NCBI GenBank assembly: GCA_947650155.1
Contig: CANSUS010000006.1
Span: forward strand, 15,558 to 79,557
DNA from: an uncultured Lachnospiraceae bacterium
GTDB taxonomy: Bacteria; Bacillota; Clostridia; Lachnospirales; Lachnospiraceae
Direction of reading: 5' to 3'
DNA: 64,000 bases
Below are positions 16,732-27,089 of the stretch, piece by piece (the stretch's first letter is position 1; each line of letters begins with the position of its first letter). A program made the translations under genes and the position numbers. The notes beneath the pieces were generated by a model. The model made no database searches and had not been told where the DNA came from. It saw only the letters and a program-made list of their open reading frames with translations.

Positions 16732-18093
16732 ATGTCAATGGATATAAAACAGATTGTATTAGATTTATGTGCCATGAATGATGAACAGGAATGGTTTGAA
16801 TTTAAAGAGAATTGGTTTCAACCGGAAACATTAGGAGAGTATGTTTCCGCGTTATCAAACGCTGCGGCGTTCCATTATAAGAAATATGCTTATTTTATAT
16901 GGGGAGTTGAGGATGAGAATCATAAAATAGTTGGGACGACATTCAACCAATATTGTGACTATAATAAAGAACCTTATCAGAATTATCTTGCACGAAATCT
17001 TTCTCCGAGCTTGAATTTTTCTTTTGAGGAAGTTGAGATTCAGCAAAAAAGAGTTGTCGTATTGGTCATACCTGCGGCTTTTGAGATACCTACTGCATTT
17101 AAGGAAAAGCGGTATATAAGGATTGGATCATCGAAATGCAATATCAAGGACTATCCTAGGAGAGAGATTGAACTTTTTAAGATGCTTGATGGGAGAACAG
17201 AAACCATAGAAACAATTCCGGCAAAATATCAGGAACTTACTTTCCAAAAATTGTTTGGATATTATGGTTCAAAAGGAATTGTTTTAAATGATAAAACCTT
17301 TATAAAAAATTTAGGTTTACGCAATGAAGAAGGACAATTCAATTTATTGGCACAGCTGCTTTCGGACGATTCTCATTTTCCTCTCAGAGTATCTATATTT
17401 GAGGGGAAAACGAAAGGAACAAATCTGTTTTCAGTCAGGGAGTTTGGGAATAACTGCCTTTTATACAGTTTGGATGAATTATTGCGGTATGGCGACGTGC
17501 TCAATATCATACAGGCAGATGAAACAGACAGGGTTGTGGAAAGGAAAGAAGTGCCGCTGTTTGATAACAAGGCATTTCGGGAAGCAATCATCAATGCTGT
17601 CCTGCATAACAAATGGACAGAGGGAAACGAACCGATGATTTCCGTTTTTTCTGACAGAATAGAAATCTTATCAAGAGGCTCTCTGCCGCCGGCACAGACA
17701 ATGGAAGGCTTTTATATGGGGGAATCTGTTCCTGTGAATGAAAAACTGTCGGAAATATTTCTGCAATTGCATATCAGTGAGAAATCAGGGCGGGGAGTTC
17801 CTAAAATAACGGAAATTTATGGTAAAGAGGCGTTTGCATTTCGAGAAAATTCAATTGTTGTAACAATACCATTGAAAAAAATTAAAAAAGCCTCGAATAA
17901 AAAGCCATTAAATGCAAGAAGAAGAACAATTTTGACAGAAATGAGGGATAATCCCAACATAACGGCTGAAGAACTTCGTAAAATCTTAGGAATCAGTAAT
18001 ACGGCAGTAGAAAACAATATTTCATTTCTGCGTGAAAATGGCTATATTGAGAGAGTTGGTTCAAAAAAAGCAGGATATTGGAATGTGTTATAG
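16732..18093 (+). CDS. AlbA_2 (Schlafen-like divergent AAA) domain protein with a C-terminal winged-helix domain
   Basis: The N-terminus EWFEFKENW...ALSNA...YFIWGVED is typical of the AlbA_2 domain. The C-terminus ITAEELRKILGISNTAVENNISFLRENGYIERVG is a wHTH. Confidence 0.7.
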   Translation: MSMDIKQIVLDLCAMNDEQEWFEFKENWFQPETLGEYVSALSNAAAFHYKKYAYFIWGVEDENHKIVGTTFNQYCDYNKEPYQNYLARNLSPSLNFSFEEVEIQQKRVVVLVIPAAFEIPTAFKEKRYIRIGSSKCNIKDYPRREIELFKMLDGRTETIETIPAKYQELTFQKLFGYYGSKGIVLNDKTFIKNLGLRNEEGQFNLLAQLLSDDSHFPLRVSIFEGKTKGTNLFSVREFGNNCLLYSLDELLRYGDVLNIIQADETDRVVERKEVPLFDNKAFREAIINAVLHNKWTEGNEPMISVFSDRIEILSRGSLPPAQTMEGFYMGESVPVNEKLSEIFLQLHISEKSGRGVPKITEIYGKEAFAFRENSIVVTIPLKKIKKASNKKPLNARRRTILTEMRDNPNITAEELRKILGISNTAVENNISFLRENGYIERVGSKKAGYWNVL

Positions 18094-18280
18094 AGAACAG
18101 AGATAAATATTTAAAGAGGACAAACCGATTAATTGCACAAGTGGAAGCAGTTTTTAAAGAATAGCATGGAAAAGATGACTGAATTTGCTTTTTGATGCCA
18201 AGAAACCTTGATTTTAATTCATTCCTGTAAGAAAAAATAAGCAATTGACATTCCCGCATTCTTCGTCTTATAATATAAAA

Positions 18281-18601
18281 CACACACAAAAAGACGTTGA
18301 CGAAGACAGTAAGCATCCATTGAAGTTTCAGCGAGCCGGAGAGGGTGGGAGTCCGGTACGAGTAGAAGGCTGCCGAAGATCACTTCCGAGTTGCAGGTCC
18401 GAACCGTTGTCTGTAAGTGTAGCAGCAGAGAACCATACGCTGCAAGGCTTTAGTCAAATAAGTAGGAACTGACGGTTTTCCGCCGTTAAAGGAACACATA
18501 TAAAACTGTTTTGATGGAAAGAGCAGAAAACAGGGAGTATGTTTGTAACAGGTGGTATAACGGGATTTTGCCCCGTCCTTTTACAGGACGGGGTTTTTTT
18601 A
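18281..18601 (+). promoter_or_regulatory. T-box leader with isoleucine specifier AUC, upstream of ileS
   Basis: Promoter TTGACA-N18-TATAAT at 18245-18274. The specifier loop GAAGAUCACUUCCGAG has AUC at 18379-18381. A T-box-like AACAGGUGGUAUAACGGG follows. The terminator is CCCCGTCC-ttttaca-GGACGGGG plus T7. Confidence 0.85.
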
Positions 18602-18631
18602 TGCGCACGGACGCGGAAAGGAAGGAAGATA

Positions 18632-21600
18632 ATGTACGAAAAAGTATCCCCCAATCTTAATTTTGTAGAACGAGAAAAACAGACGTTAGATTTTTGGAAT
18701 GCAAATCAGATTTTCCAAAAGAGCATGGACAGCAGAAAAGAAGGACCCACTTATACTTTCTATGACGGACCGCCAACGGCAAACGGAAAACCGCATATCG
18801 GTCATGTGCTGACCCGTGTCATAAAAGATATGATTCCCAGATATCGTACCATGAAAGGATATATGGTGCCGAGAAAGGCGGGATGGGATACCCACGGACT
18901 TCCGGTAGAGTTAGAGGTGGAAAAACTGCTTGGACTTGACGGAAAAGAGCAGATCGAAGAATATGGGCTTGATCCTTTCATTGCGAAGTGTAAAGAAAGC
19001 GTATGGAAATATAAAGGCATGTGGGAGGACTTTTCCGGTACGGTAGGATTTTGGGCGGATATGGAAGATCCGTATGTGACTTATCATGACGATTATATTG
19101 AATCGGAATGGTGGGCGTTAAAGGAGATTTGGAACAAAGGACTTTTGTATAAGGGCTTTAAAATTGTGCCTTACTGCCCTCGCTGCGGGACGCCCCTCTC
19201 TTCCCATGAAGTTGCCCAGGGGTATAAAGATATCAAAGAGCGTTCTGCGGTAGCAAGATTCAAAGTAAAAAATGAAGACGCTTATATCCTTGCATGGACC
19301 ACAACACCCTGGACGCTGCCTTCTAATGTGGCGCTCTGTGTTAATCCGAACAAAACCTATGCAAAGGTAAAGGCTGCCGACGGTAATACCTATTATATGG
19401 CGGAAGCGCTGCTTGACAGCGTGCTTGGCAGACTTGCAAAAGAAGAAAATAAAGAAACCGGAGAAGCAGCCGTAAAGGCCTATGAGGTTTTAGAAACTTA
19501 TACGGGAAAAGATCTGGAATATAAAGAATATGAGCCGCTCTTTCACTATGCGGTGGATAGTTGTGAAAAACAGCATAAAAAGGCATTTTATGTTACCTGC
19601 GACACCTATGTCACATTGACGGACGGTACGGGCGTGGTTCATATCGCGCCGGCATTTGGTGAAGACGATGCGAACGTAGGAAGAAGTTATGACCTTCCCT
19701 TTGTACAGCTTGTAGACGGAAAAGGGGAAATGACAAAAGAAACGGATTATGCGGGAGTCTTTTGCAAAAAGGCTGATCCGATGATCTTAAAGGATCTGGA
19801 GGCAAAGGGGCTTTTATTTGACGCGCCTAAATTCGAGCATAGCTATCCGCACTGCTGGAGATGCGATACGCCGCTTATTTATTATGCAAGAGAATCCTGG
19901 TTTATCAAAATGACGGCTGTCAAAGAGGATCTGATCCGCAATAATAATACGATCAACTGGATTCCGGAATCGATTGGGAAAGGCCGTTTCGGCGACTGGC
20001 TTGAAAATATTCAGGACTGGGGTATTTCCCGTAACCGTTATTGGGGAACGCCGCTTAATGTGTGGGAATGCGAGTGCGGACATATGCACGCAGTGGGAAG
20101 CCGTAAGGAACTGGCGGAACTGAGCAGTTGTCCTGACGCCGCTAAAGTAGAACTTCACAGACCCTACATCGATGCAATTACCTTCCCCTGTGAAAAATGT
20201 GGAAAAATGATGCACAGAGTACCGGAAGTAATAGACTGCTGGTTTGACTCCGGCGCTATGCCGTTTGCGCAGCATCATTATCCATTTGAAAATAAAGAAC
20301 TGTTTGAAGCGCAGTTCCCGGCGCAGTTTATTTCCGAGGCGGTAGACCAGACCAGAGGATGGTTCTATTCCCTGTTGGCGGAATCCACGCTTCTTTTTAA
20401 TAAAGCGCCTTATGAAAATGTCATAGTCCTTGGACATGTGCAGGACGAAAACGGACAGAAAATGAGTAAATCCAAAGGAAACGCAGTAGATCCTTTTGAC
20501 GCGCTGGCAACCTACGGCGCAGATGCGATTCGATGGTATTTTTATATCAATTCGGCTCCCTGGCTGCCTAATCGTTTTCATGGGAAAGCAGTACAGGAAG
20601 GACAGCGTAAGTTTATGGGAACGCTTTGGAATACCTATGCGTTTTTTGTACTCTACGCGAATATAGACGAGTTTGATGCGACAAAATATCAGCTGGAATA
20701 TGATAAACTTTCCGTTATGGATAAATGGCTGCTGTCAAAATTAAACAGTCTGATTACGGAAGTGGACGGCGATTTGGAGCATTACCGTATTCCGGAAGCG
20801 GCAAGGGCGCTGGACAGTTTCGTGGATGATATGAGTAACTGGTATGTCAGAAGAAGCAGGGAGCGTTTCTGGGCAAAGGGCATGGAACAGGATAAGATCA
20901 ATGCATATATGACCCTTTATACAGCGCTTGTAACAGTGTGCAAACTGGCGGCGCCGATGATACCTTTTATGGCGGAGGATATTTACCGTAATCTTGTATG
21001 CAGTATTGATAAGAACGCGCCGGAAAGTATTCATTTATGTGATTATCCGCAGGCGGACGCCTCTTTTGTGGATCAGAAACTGGAAGAGGATATGGATGAA
21101 GTTTTGAAAGTTGTGGTAATGGGACGCGCATGCAGAAATGCCGCTAATATTAAGAACCGTCAGCCGATCGGGCATATGTTTGTAAAAGCGCCGAATATGC
21201 TGGATGAATTTTATCAGGCGATTATCCGGGAAGAATTGAATGTAAAGGAGGTAATCTTTACAGAGGATGTACGTGAATTTACAAGCTATACCTTTAAGCC
21301 GCAGCTTCGTACCGTTGGTCCAAAATATGGAAAACAGCTGGGCGGAATTAAGGCGGCGCTTGGTTCTTTGGACGGTAATGCGGCAATGGACGAACTGAAA
21401 GCATCGGGCGCATTAAAATTTGATGTGGACGGTACGCAGGTGGTATTGACAGAAGAGGATCTGTTAATTGAAATGAGCCAGAAAGAAGGTTATATGACCG
21501 AGGCGGATAATACGGTGACGGTTGTTCTGGATACCAATCTGACAGAAGAATTGGTTGAAGAGGGCTTTGTACTGGAACTGATCAGTAAGATTCAGACGAT

Positions 21601-21814
21601 GCGAAAAGAATCAGAAGAAAATCTGGAAGTAACAGATCACATCAGAGTGTCCATATGCGGCAATGAAAAACTGGCGTCAATTATGGAAAAGAATCAACAG
21701 GCAATCGCAGGAAAAGTTCTGGCGGATGCAATGACTGTGGGCGATACGTTAAAGACATCAAAAGAGTGGAACGTAAACGGTGAAAATGTGACGATCTGTA
21801 TTGAAAGGGTGTAA
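18632..21814 (+). CDS. ileS: Isoleucine--tRNA ligase (long, type-2-like)
   Basis: PHIGH and KMSKSKGN class I motifs are present, along with a CP1 editing domain. The start is moved to the ATG after the T-box terminator (SD GGAAGGAAG). Confidence 0.95.
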   Translation: MYEKVSPNLNFVEREKQTLDFWNANQIFQKSMDSRKEGPTYTFYDGPPTANGKPHIGHVLTRVIKDMIPRYRTMKGYMVPRKAGWDTHGLPVELEVEKLLGLDGKEQIEEYGLDPFIAKCKESVWKYKGMWEDFSGTVGFWADMEDPYVTYHDDYIESEWWALKEIWNKGLLYKGFKIVPYCPRCGTPLSSHEVAQGYKDIKERSAVARFKVKNEDAYILAWTTTPWTLPSNVALCVNPNKTYAKVKAADGNTYYMAEALLDSVLGRLAKEENKETGEAAVKAYEVLETYTGKDLEYKEYEPLFHYAVDSCEKQHKKAFYVTCDTYVTLTDGTGVVHIAPAFGEDDANVGRSYDLPFVQLVDGKGEMTKETDYAGVFCKKADPMILKDLEAKGLLFDAPKFEHSYPHCWRCDTPLIYYARESWFIKMTAVKEDLIRNNNTINWIPESIGKGRFGDWLENIQDWGISRNRYWGTPLNVWECECGHMHAVGSRKELAELSSCPDAAKVELHRPYIDAITFPCEKCGKMMHRVPEVIDCWFDSGAMPFAQHHYPFENKELFEAQFPAQFISEAVDQTRGWFYSLLAESTLLFNKAPYENVIVLGHVQDENGQKMSKSKGNAVDPFDALATYGADAIRWYFYINSAPWLPNRFHGKAVQEGQRKFMGTLWNTYAFFVLYANIDEFDATKYQLEYDKLSVMDKWLLSKLNSLITEVDGDLEHYRIPEAARALDSFVDDMSNWYVRRSRERFWAKGMEQDKINAYMTLYTALVTVCKLAAPMIPFMAEDIYRNLVCSIDKNAPESIHLCDYPQADASFVDQKLEEDMDEVLKVVVMGRACRNAANIKNRQPIGHMFVKAPNMLDEFYQAIIREELNVKEVIFTEDVREFTSYTFKPQLRTVGPKYGKQLGGIKAALGSLDGNAAMDELKASGALKFDVDGTQVVLTEEDLLIEMSQKEGYMTEADNTVTVVLDTNLTEELVEEGFVLELISKIQTMRKESEENLEVTDHIRVSICGNEKLASIMEKNQQAIAGKVLADAMTVGDTLKTSKEWNVNGENVTICIERV

Positions 21815-21907
21815 AAAATCGGTTATACTATTGGGTATGTAGTCAAGGTTGGGAGAGTCTGACTTTGACTTGTTACTCATGGAAATCAATCAAGGAGGAT
21901 AGGAGAT

Positions 21908-24424
21908 ATGTTAATATCAACAACACCAAAAGCATCAGCAGCACAGGCGAAGCAGACTTTGGCAACTTTTGATAAAGAGCTTTTTAAACGAAGCGTTTTA
22001 TATAATGTAAAAACTCTTTACCGTAAAACTTTGGAAGAAGCAAGCGAACAGCAGATTTTTCAGGCTGTTTCCTATGCGATCAAAGATGTAATTATCGACC
22101 ACTGGTTAGAGACGCAGAAAGAATATGAAAAAAAAGATCCTAAGACGGTTTATTATCTGTCTATGGAATTTTTGATGGGACGTGCCTTAGGAAATAATTT
22201 AATTAATTTGCAGGCATACGGAGAAGTGAAAAAAGCTTTAATGGAGCTCGGAATTGATATTAATATGGTAGAGGATCAGGAACCGGATGCAGCGCTTGGA
22301 AACGGCGGCCTTGGCAGACTTGCAGCCTGCTTTCTGGATTCTCTCGCTACACTCGGATATCCTGCATATGGCTGTGGAATCCGTTACCGTTACGGTATGT
22401 TTAAACAGGAAATCAGGGACGGCTATCAGGTAGAAGTACCGGATGTATGGCTGGCTGACGGAAACCCGTTTGAACTTAGAAGACCGGAGTATACAAAAGA
22501 AGTAAAATTTGGCGGATATGTTAATGTTTATATTGACGAAAACGGCAGAAGTAATTTCGTACAGGAAGGATATCAGTCCGTACAGGCCATTCCTTATGAT
22601 ATGCCGATCGTCGGATACGGAAACGGAATTGTAAATACACTTCGTATCTGGGATGCACAGCCGGTAGAGTGTTTCCAGCTTGATTCTTTTGATAAGGGAG
22701 ATTATCAGAGAGCGGTAGAGCAGGAGAATCTTGCAAAGAATATTGTAGAAGTGCTTTATCCGAACGATAACCATTACGCAGGTAAGGAGCTTCGTTTAAA
22801 ACAGCAGTATTTCTTCATTTCTGCATCAGTGCAGGAAGCAGTTGAGAAATATATGCGTACACATAAAGACATTCGTAAATTCCATGAGAAAGTGACGTTC
22901 CAGCTCAACGATACTCATCCGACAGTGGCAATTGCCGAATTGATGCGTATTTTGATGGATGAGCATCATCTTACATGGGACGAAGCATGGGAAGTGACGA
23001 CAAAGACCTGTGCTTATACAAACCATACAATTATGGCTGAAGCGTTGGAAAAATGGCCGATCGAGCTTTTCTCAAGACTGCTTCCGAGAATTTATCAGAT
23101 TGTAGAAGAGATTAACCGTCGTTTTGTGGCAAGAATCGAACAGAAATACGGTGCGAATCAGCATGAATGTCAGGAAAAGATCCGTAAGATGGCGATTATT
23201 TACGACGGACAGGTGAAGATGGCGCATCTCGCTATTGTTTCAGGATACTCTGTAAACGGTGTGGCAAGATTACATACAGAGATTTTGAAAAAACAGGAAT
23301 TAAAAGACTTTTATGAAATGATGCCGGAGAAATTTAATAACAAGACGAACGGCATCACACAGAGAAGATTTTTACTGCATGGAAATCCGCTTCTTGCCGA
23401 GTGGGTAACGGAGCATGTGGGAAGTGACTGGATCACAGACCTTCCGAAGATTAATAAATTAAAAATTTATGCTGATGATGAAAAGGCACAGCAGGAATTT
23501 ATGAACATTAAATACCGTAACAAGGTAAGACTGGCACAGTATATCAAAGAACACAACGGTATCGATGTAGATCCCCGTTCTATCTTTGATGTGCAGGTAA
23601 AGCGTCTGCATGAATATAAACGTCAGCTTTTGAATATTCTTCATGTAATGTATTTGTATAACGAGTTAAAAGAGCATCCGGAGATGGATTTTTATCCGAG
23701 AACTTTCATCTTTGGCGCAAAGGCGGCAGCAGGATACCGGAATGCAAAGCTTACCATTAAGCTGATTAACTCCGTTGCAGATGTGGTAAATAATGATCCG
23801 GCAATTAACGGAAAAATTAAAGTAGTATTTATAGAAAATTACAGAGTTTCCAATGCTGAGATTATTTTTGCGGCGGCAGATGTTTCCGAGCAGATTTCCA
23901 CTGCAAGTAAGGAAGCTTCCGGTACAGGTAACATGAAGTTCATGTTAAACGGCGCTCTTACTTTAGGTACGATGGATGGTGCGAATGTAGAGATTGTAGA
24001 AGAAGTCGGAGAAGAGAATGCCTTTATTTTCGGTCTGAGTTCAGATGAGGTTATTCAGTATGAGAATTTCGGCGGTTATAATCCTATGGAGATCTTCAAT
24101 AATGATCCTGATGTGAGAAAAGTATTAATGCAGTTAATCAACGGTACTTTTGCACCGGATGATTCAGAGCGTTTCCGTACCCTTTACAACTCACTGCTTA
24201 ATACGCAGAGTACGGCGAAGGCGGATACTTACTTTATTTTGAAAGATTTTAAGGCATATGCAGAAGCGCAGAAAAAAGTAGAGGCGGCTTATAAGAATGA
24301 GTCCGGTTGGGCAAGAAGCGCGATTTTGAATGTGGCATGTTCCGGTAAGTTTACATCGGACAGAACGATTCAGCAGTATGTGGATGAGATCTGGCATTTG
24401 GATAAGGTGACTTTAGAAAAATAA
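21908..24424 (+). CDS. glgP: Glycogen/alpha-glucan phosphorylase
   Basis: EASGTGNMKFMLNGALTLGTMDGANVEI is the PLP-lysine block. Length is 838 aa. Confidence 0.95.
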   Translation: MLISTTPKASAAQAKQTLATFDKELFKRSVLYNVKTLYRKTLEEASEQQIFQAVSYAIKDVIIDHWLETQKEYEKKDPKTVYYLSMEFLMGRALGNNLINLQAYGEVKKALMELGIDINMVEDQEPDAALGNGGLGRLAACFLDSLATLGYPAYGCGIRYRYGMFKQEIRDGYQVEVPDVWLADGNPFELRRPEYTKEVKFGGYVNVYIDENGRSNFVQEGYQSVQAIPYDMPIVGYGNGIVNTLRIWDAQPVECFQLDSFDKGDYQRAVEQENLAKNIVEVLYPNDNHYAGKELRLKQQYFFISASVQEAVEKYMRTHKDIRKFHEKVTFQLNDTHPTVAIAELMRILMDEHHLTWDEAWEVTTKTCAYTNHTIMAEALEKWPIELFSRLLPRIYQIVEEINRRFVARIEQKYGANQHECQEKIRKMAIIYDGQVKMAHLAIVSGYSVNGVARLHTEILKKQELKDFYEMMPEKFNNKTNGITQRRFLLHGNPLLAEWVTEHVGSDWITDLPKINKLKIYADDEKAQQEFMNIKYRNKVRLAQYIKEHNGIDVDPRSIFDVQVKRLHEYKRQLLNILHVMYLYNELKEHPEMDFYPRTFIFGAKAAAGYRNAKLTIKLINSVADVVNNDPAINGKIKVVFIENYRVSNAEIIFAAADVSEQISTASKEASGTGNMKFMLNGALTLGTMDGANVEIVEEVGEENAFIFGLSSDEVIQYENFGGYNPMEIFNNDPDVRKVLMQLINGTFAPDDSERFRTLYNSLLNTQSTAKADTYFILKDFKAYAEAQKKVEAAYKNESGWARSAILNVACSGKFTSDRTIQQYVDEIWHLDKVTLEK

Positions 24425-24441
24425 ATCAGAGTAATAATGAA

Positions 24442-24485
24442 AAATCCCTGTCACGGATAAAATGATTCATGGCAGGGATTTTATA
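24442..24485 (+). terminator. Intrinsic terminator after glgP
   Basis: AAATCCCTG...CAGGGATTT stem followed by TTAT. Confidence 0.6.
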
Positions 24486-24512
24486 AAAGACAAAAAAAGC
24501 GGAGGAGAATGC

Positions 24513-26801
24513 ATGGTAAAATTATATGAAGGCGGAGTATACCTTGTAAATGGAACAGAAATGATTCCTGATGGTAATGACGCCATAAATGCTGTAAAAA
24601 GCAAAACAGGAAAAGAGGTTACGAAAGAATCAGCGGCAAAAGAAACAATTGCTTACGGAATTTTAGAAAAGCATAATACATCAGGCAGTATGGACAAGTT
24701 AAAGATTAAATTTGATAAATTAACTTCCCATGATATTACATTTGTAGGTATTATCCAGACGGCGCGGGCGTCAGGGCTTGAGAAATTCCCGATTCCTTAT
24801 GTGCTGACAAACTGCCATAATTCACTTTGTGCAGTGGGTGGAACAATCAATGAGGATGACCACATGTTTGGACTGACCTGTGCAAAGAAATACGGCGGCG
24901 TTTATGTGCCCCCGCATCAGGCCGTGATTCATCAGTTTGCAAGGGAGATGCTTGCCGGCGGCGGAAGGATGATCTTAGGATCTGATTCCCATACCCGTTA
25001 TGGCGCGCTTGGCACTATGGCGATGGGGGAAGGGGGCCCGGAGCTTGTAAAGCAGCTTTTGAATCAGACTTACGATATTAATATGCCGGGAGTAGTAGGC
25101 GTATATCTGAAAGGCTCGCCGGTAAAGGGCGTAGGTCCGCAGGATGTTGCGCTTGCAATTATTGGTGCGGTATTTAAAAACGGATATGTAAAAAATAAAG
25201 TGATGGAATTTGTAGGACCGGGCGTGGAAAGCTTAAGTGCAGATTTCCGTATCGGTATCGATGTTATGACGACGGAAACAACCTGCCTTTCTTCGATATG
25301 GAAGACGGATGACCAGATCAGGGAATTTTACGATATTCACGGCAGAAGTGAAGAATATAAAGAATTAAAGCCGGGTGATGCGGCTTATTACGACGGTATG
25401 ATAGAAGTGGATTTAAGTCTGATCAAACCGATGATCGCTATGCCCTTCCATCCGAGCAACACTTATACTATTGAAGAGTTGAATGCAAATCTGACGGATA
25501 TTTTAGAAGACGTAGAGAAGCGTGCCGCAGTCAGCCTGGACGGCGCTGTGGAGTTTACGCTGAAGAATAAAGTAAGAAATGGAAAATTCATTGTAGATCA
25601 GGGTATCATTGCAGGCTGTGCGGGCGGCGGATTTGAAAACATCTGCGCGGCGGCAGATATTTTGAAGGGAAGCTATATTGGCTGCGACGAGTTTACTTTA
25701 AGCGTATATCCGGCGTCTACTCCGATTTATATGGAACTAATGAAAAACGGATGCGCGGCGGCGCTGTTAGAAACAGGTGCGGTGCTGAAAACGGCATTTT
25801 GCGGGCCTTGCTTCGGCGCGGGCGATACGCCGGCGAACAATGCTTTCAGCATTCGTCATTCTACCAGAAACTTCCCGAACAGAGAGGGATCTAAATTACA
25901 AAACGGACAGATTTCCTCCGTTGCGCTTATGGATGCACGCTCTATTGCGGCGACGGCGGCAAATAAAGGAGTACTGACTCCTGCGACGGATTTCGACGGT
26001 GAGATTGGAAAATATAAATATCATTTTGACAGCAATATTTATGCAAACCGTGTATTTGATTCCAAAGGAGTGGCAGACCCATCTGTAGAAATCCATTTTG
26101 GTCCCAATATCAAAGACTGGCCAACGATGTGCGCACTGCCGGAAAATCTGGTTCTGCGTGTTGTTTCTGAGATTCATGATCCGGTTACGACGACGGATGA
26201 ATTGATCCCTTCAGGCGAGACTTCTTCCTATCGTTCTAACCCGTTAGGACTGGCGGAATTTACACTTTCCAGAAAAGATCCGAACTATGTGCCGCTTGCG
26301 AAGGAGATTCAGAAAGCGCAGACAGCGGTTATGAACGGGGAATGTCCTGCAGGCGCAGTACCGGAAGTGGAAAATATTATGAAGGTGATCTGCAAGACTT
26401 ATGAAAATGTGGGGAAAGAAAATATTGGTTTTGGTTCCACGATTTTTGCGGTGAAACCGGGCGACGGTTCTGCAAGGGAACAGGCGGCCTCCTGTCAGAA
26501 AGTATTAGGCGGATGGGCGAATATTGCAAACGAGTATGCAACAAAAAGATACCGCTCCAATTTGATTAACTGGGGGATGCTGCCGTTTATCATCGAGGAG
26601 GGAGAACTGCCGTTCAAGAATAAGGATTATTTGTTTATTCCGAGTATTAAAAAGGCGGTTGAAGAGAAAGCCGATACGATTAAGGCGTATGTGGTCGGCG
26701 GGTCAGAACTGAAAGAGTTTACGCTGAAGCTGGGCGAGCTTACCGATGAAGAAAGACAGATTATTTTGAAAGGATGTCTGATCAACTATAACAGAGTTTA
26801 G
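24513..26801 (+). CDS. Aconitase-family hydratase with fused catalytic and swivel domains
   Basis: [15 protein letters not shown] and [10 protein letters not shown] blocks match aconitase/IPM-isomerase family motifs. The start is moved past the glgP terminator to the ATG behind SD GGAGGAG. Confidence 0.75.
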   Translation: MVKLYEGGVYLVNGTEMIPDGNDAINAVKSKTGKEVTKESAAKETIAYGILEKHNTSGSMDKLKIKFDKLTSHDITFVGIIQTARASGLEKFPIPYVLTNCHNSLCAVGGTINEDDHMFGLTCAKKYGGVYVPPHQAVIHQFAREMLAGGGRMILGSDSHTRYGALGTMAMGEGGPELVKQLLNQTYDINMPGVVGVYLKGSPVKGVGPQDVALAIIGAVFKNGYVKNKVMEFVGPGVESLSADFRIGIDVMTTETTCLSSIWKTDDQIREFYDIHGRSEEYKELKPGDAAYYDGMIEVDLSLIKPMIAMPFHPSNTYTIEELNANLTDILEDVEKRAAVSLDGAVEFTLKNKVRNGKFIVDQGIIAGCAGGGFENICAAADILKGSYIGCDEFTLSVYPASTPIYMELMKNGCAAALLETGAVLKTAFCGPCFGAGDTPANNAFSIRHSTRNFPNREGSKLQNGQISSVALMDARSIAATAANKGVLTPATDFDGEIGKYKYHFDSNIYANRVFDSKGVADPSVEIHFGPNIKDWPTMCALPENLVLRVVSEIHDPVTTTDELIPSGETSSYRSNPLGLAEFTLSRKDPNYVPLAKEIQKAQTAVMNGECPAGAVPEVENIMKVICKTYENVGKENIGFGSTIFAVKPGDGSAREQAASCQKVLGGWANIANEYATKRYRSNLINWGMLPFIIEEGELPFKNKDYLFIPSIKKAVEEKADTIKAYVVGGSELKEFTLKLGELTDEERQIILKGCLINYNRV

Positions 26802-26810
26802 AAGTGGAAT

Positions 26811-26837
26811 TAAAGTTTTAGGGCAATTGACCGATAT
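26811..26837 (+). promoter_or_regulatory. Sigma-D/FliA (sigma-28)-like promoter motif
   Basis: TAAA-N15-ACCGATAT against the Bacillus sigma-D consensus TAAA-N15-GCCGATAT. Confidence 0.4.
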
Positions 26838-26956
26838 AATAATTACAGACAGGAAAATGTTACTAAAATCTTCTTTATTATAATTATAAATTGATTTTAT
26901 TGACAGCCGGCAGAACCTGTATGTGATGCAAACAGGAATATTGGAAAAGAGGCCAC

Positions 26957-27009
26957 GGACGGTAAAAATCAGGGAAAAGGATTTTCCCGGTATTTGCCGT
27001 CCTTTTATG
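26957..27009 (+). terminator. Intrinsic terminator-like long hairpin in the 26.8-27.1 kb intergenic region
   Basis: GGACGG...GGGAAAA-gga-TTTTCCC...CCGTCC followed by TTTTAT. Confidence 0.55.
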
Positions 27010-27089
27010 TTAATACAGGGACGTAATGTGTTGATGAAGGAACATCTGCACAGACATAAAATGGCGAAAAAGAGGAAGGAGGCGCAGAT

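Noticed and set aside
18245-18654. ORFs 18245-18472 (+) and 18454-18654 (-), and the extended ileS start at 18539.
   Set aside because: All of them lie inside the T-box leader and its terminator. The genuine ileS start is the ATG at 18632, which follows the terminator and an SD.
19814-20581. A long (255-aa) antisense ORF inside ileS. Similar antisense or overlapping ORFs include 568-948, 12641-13150, 15646-16155, 22238-22774, 31361-31870, 43459-44040, 48428-48910, 61989-62564 and 63174-63695.
   Set aside because: Each is fully embedded opposite, or out of frame with, a gene that carries strong family motifs. These are typical shadow ORFs with no SD and biased, low-complexity translations.
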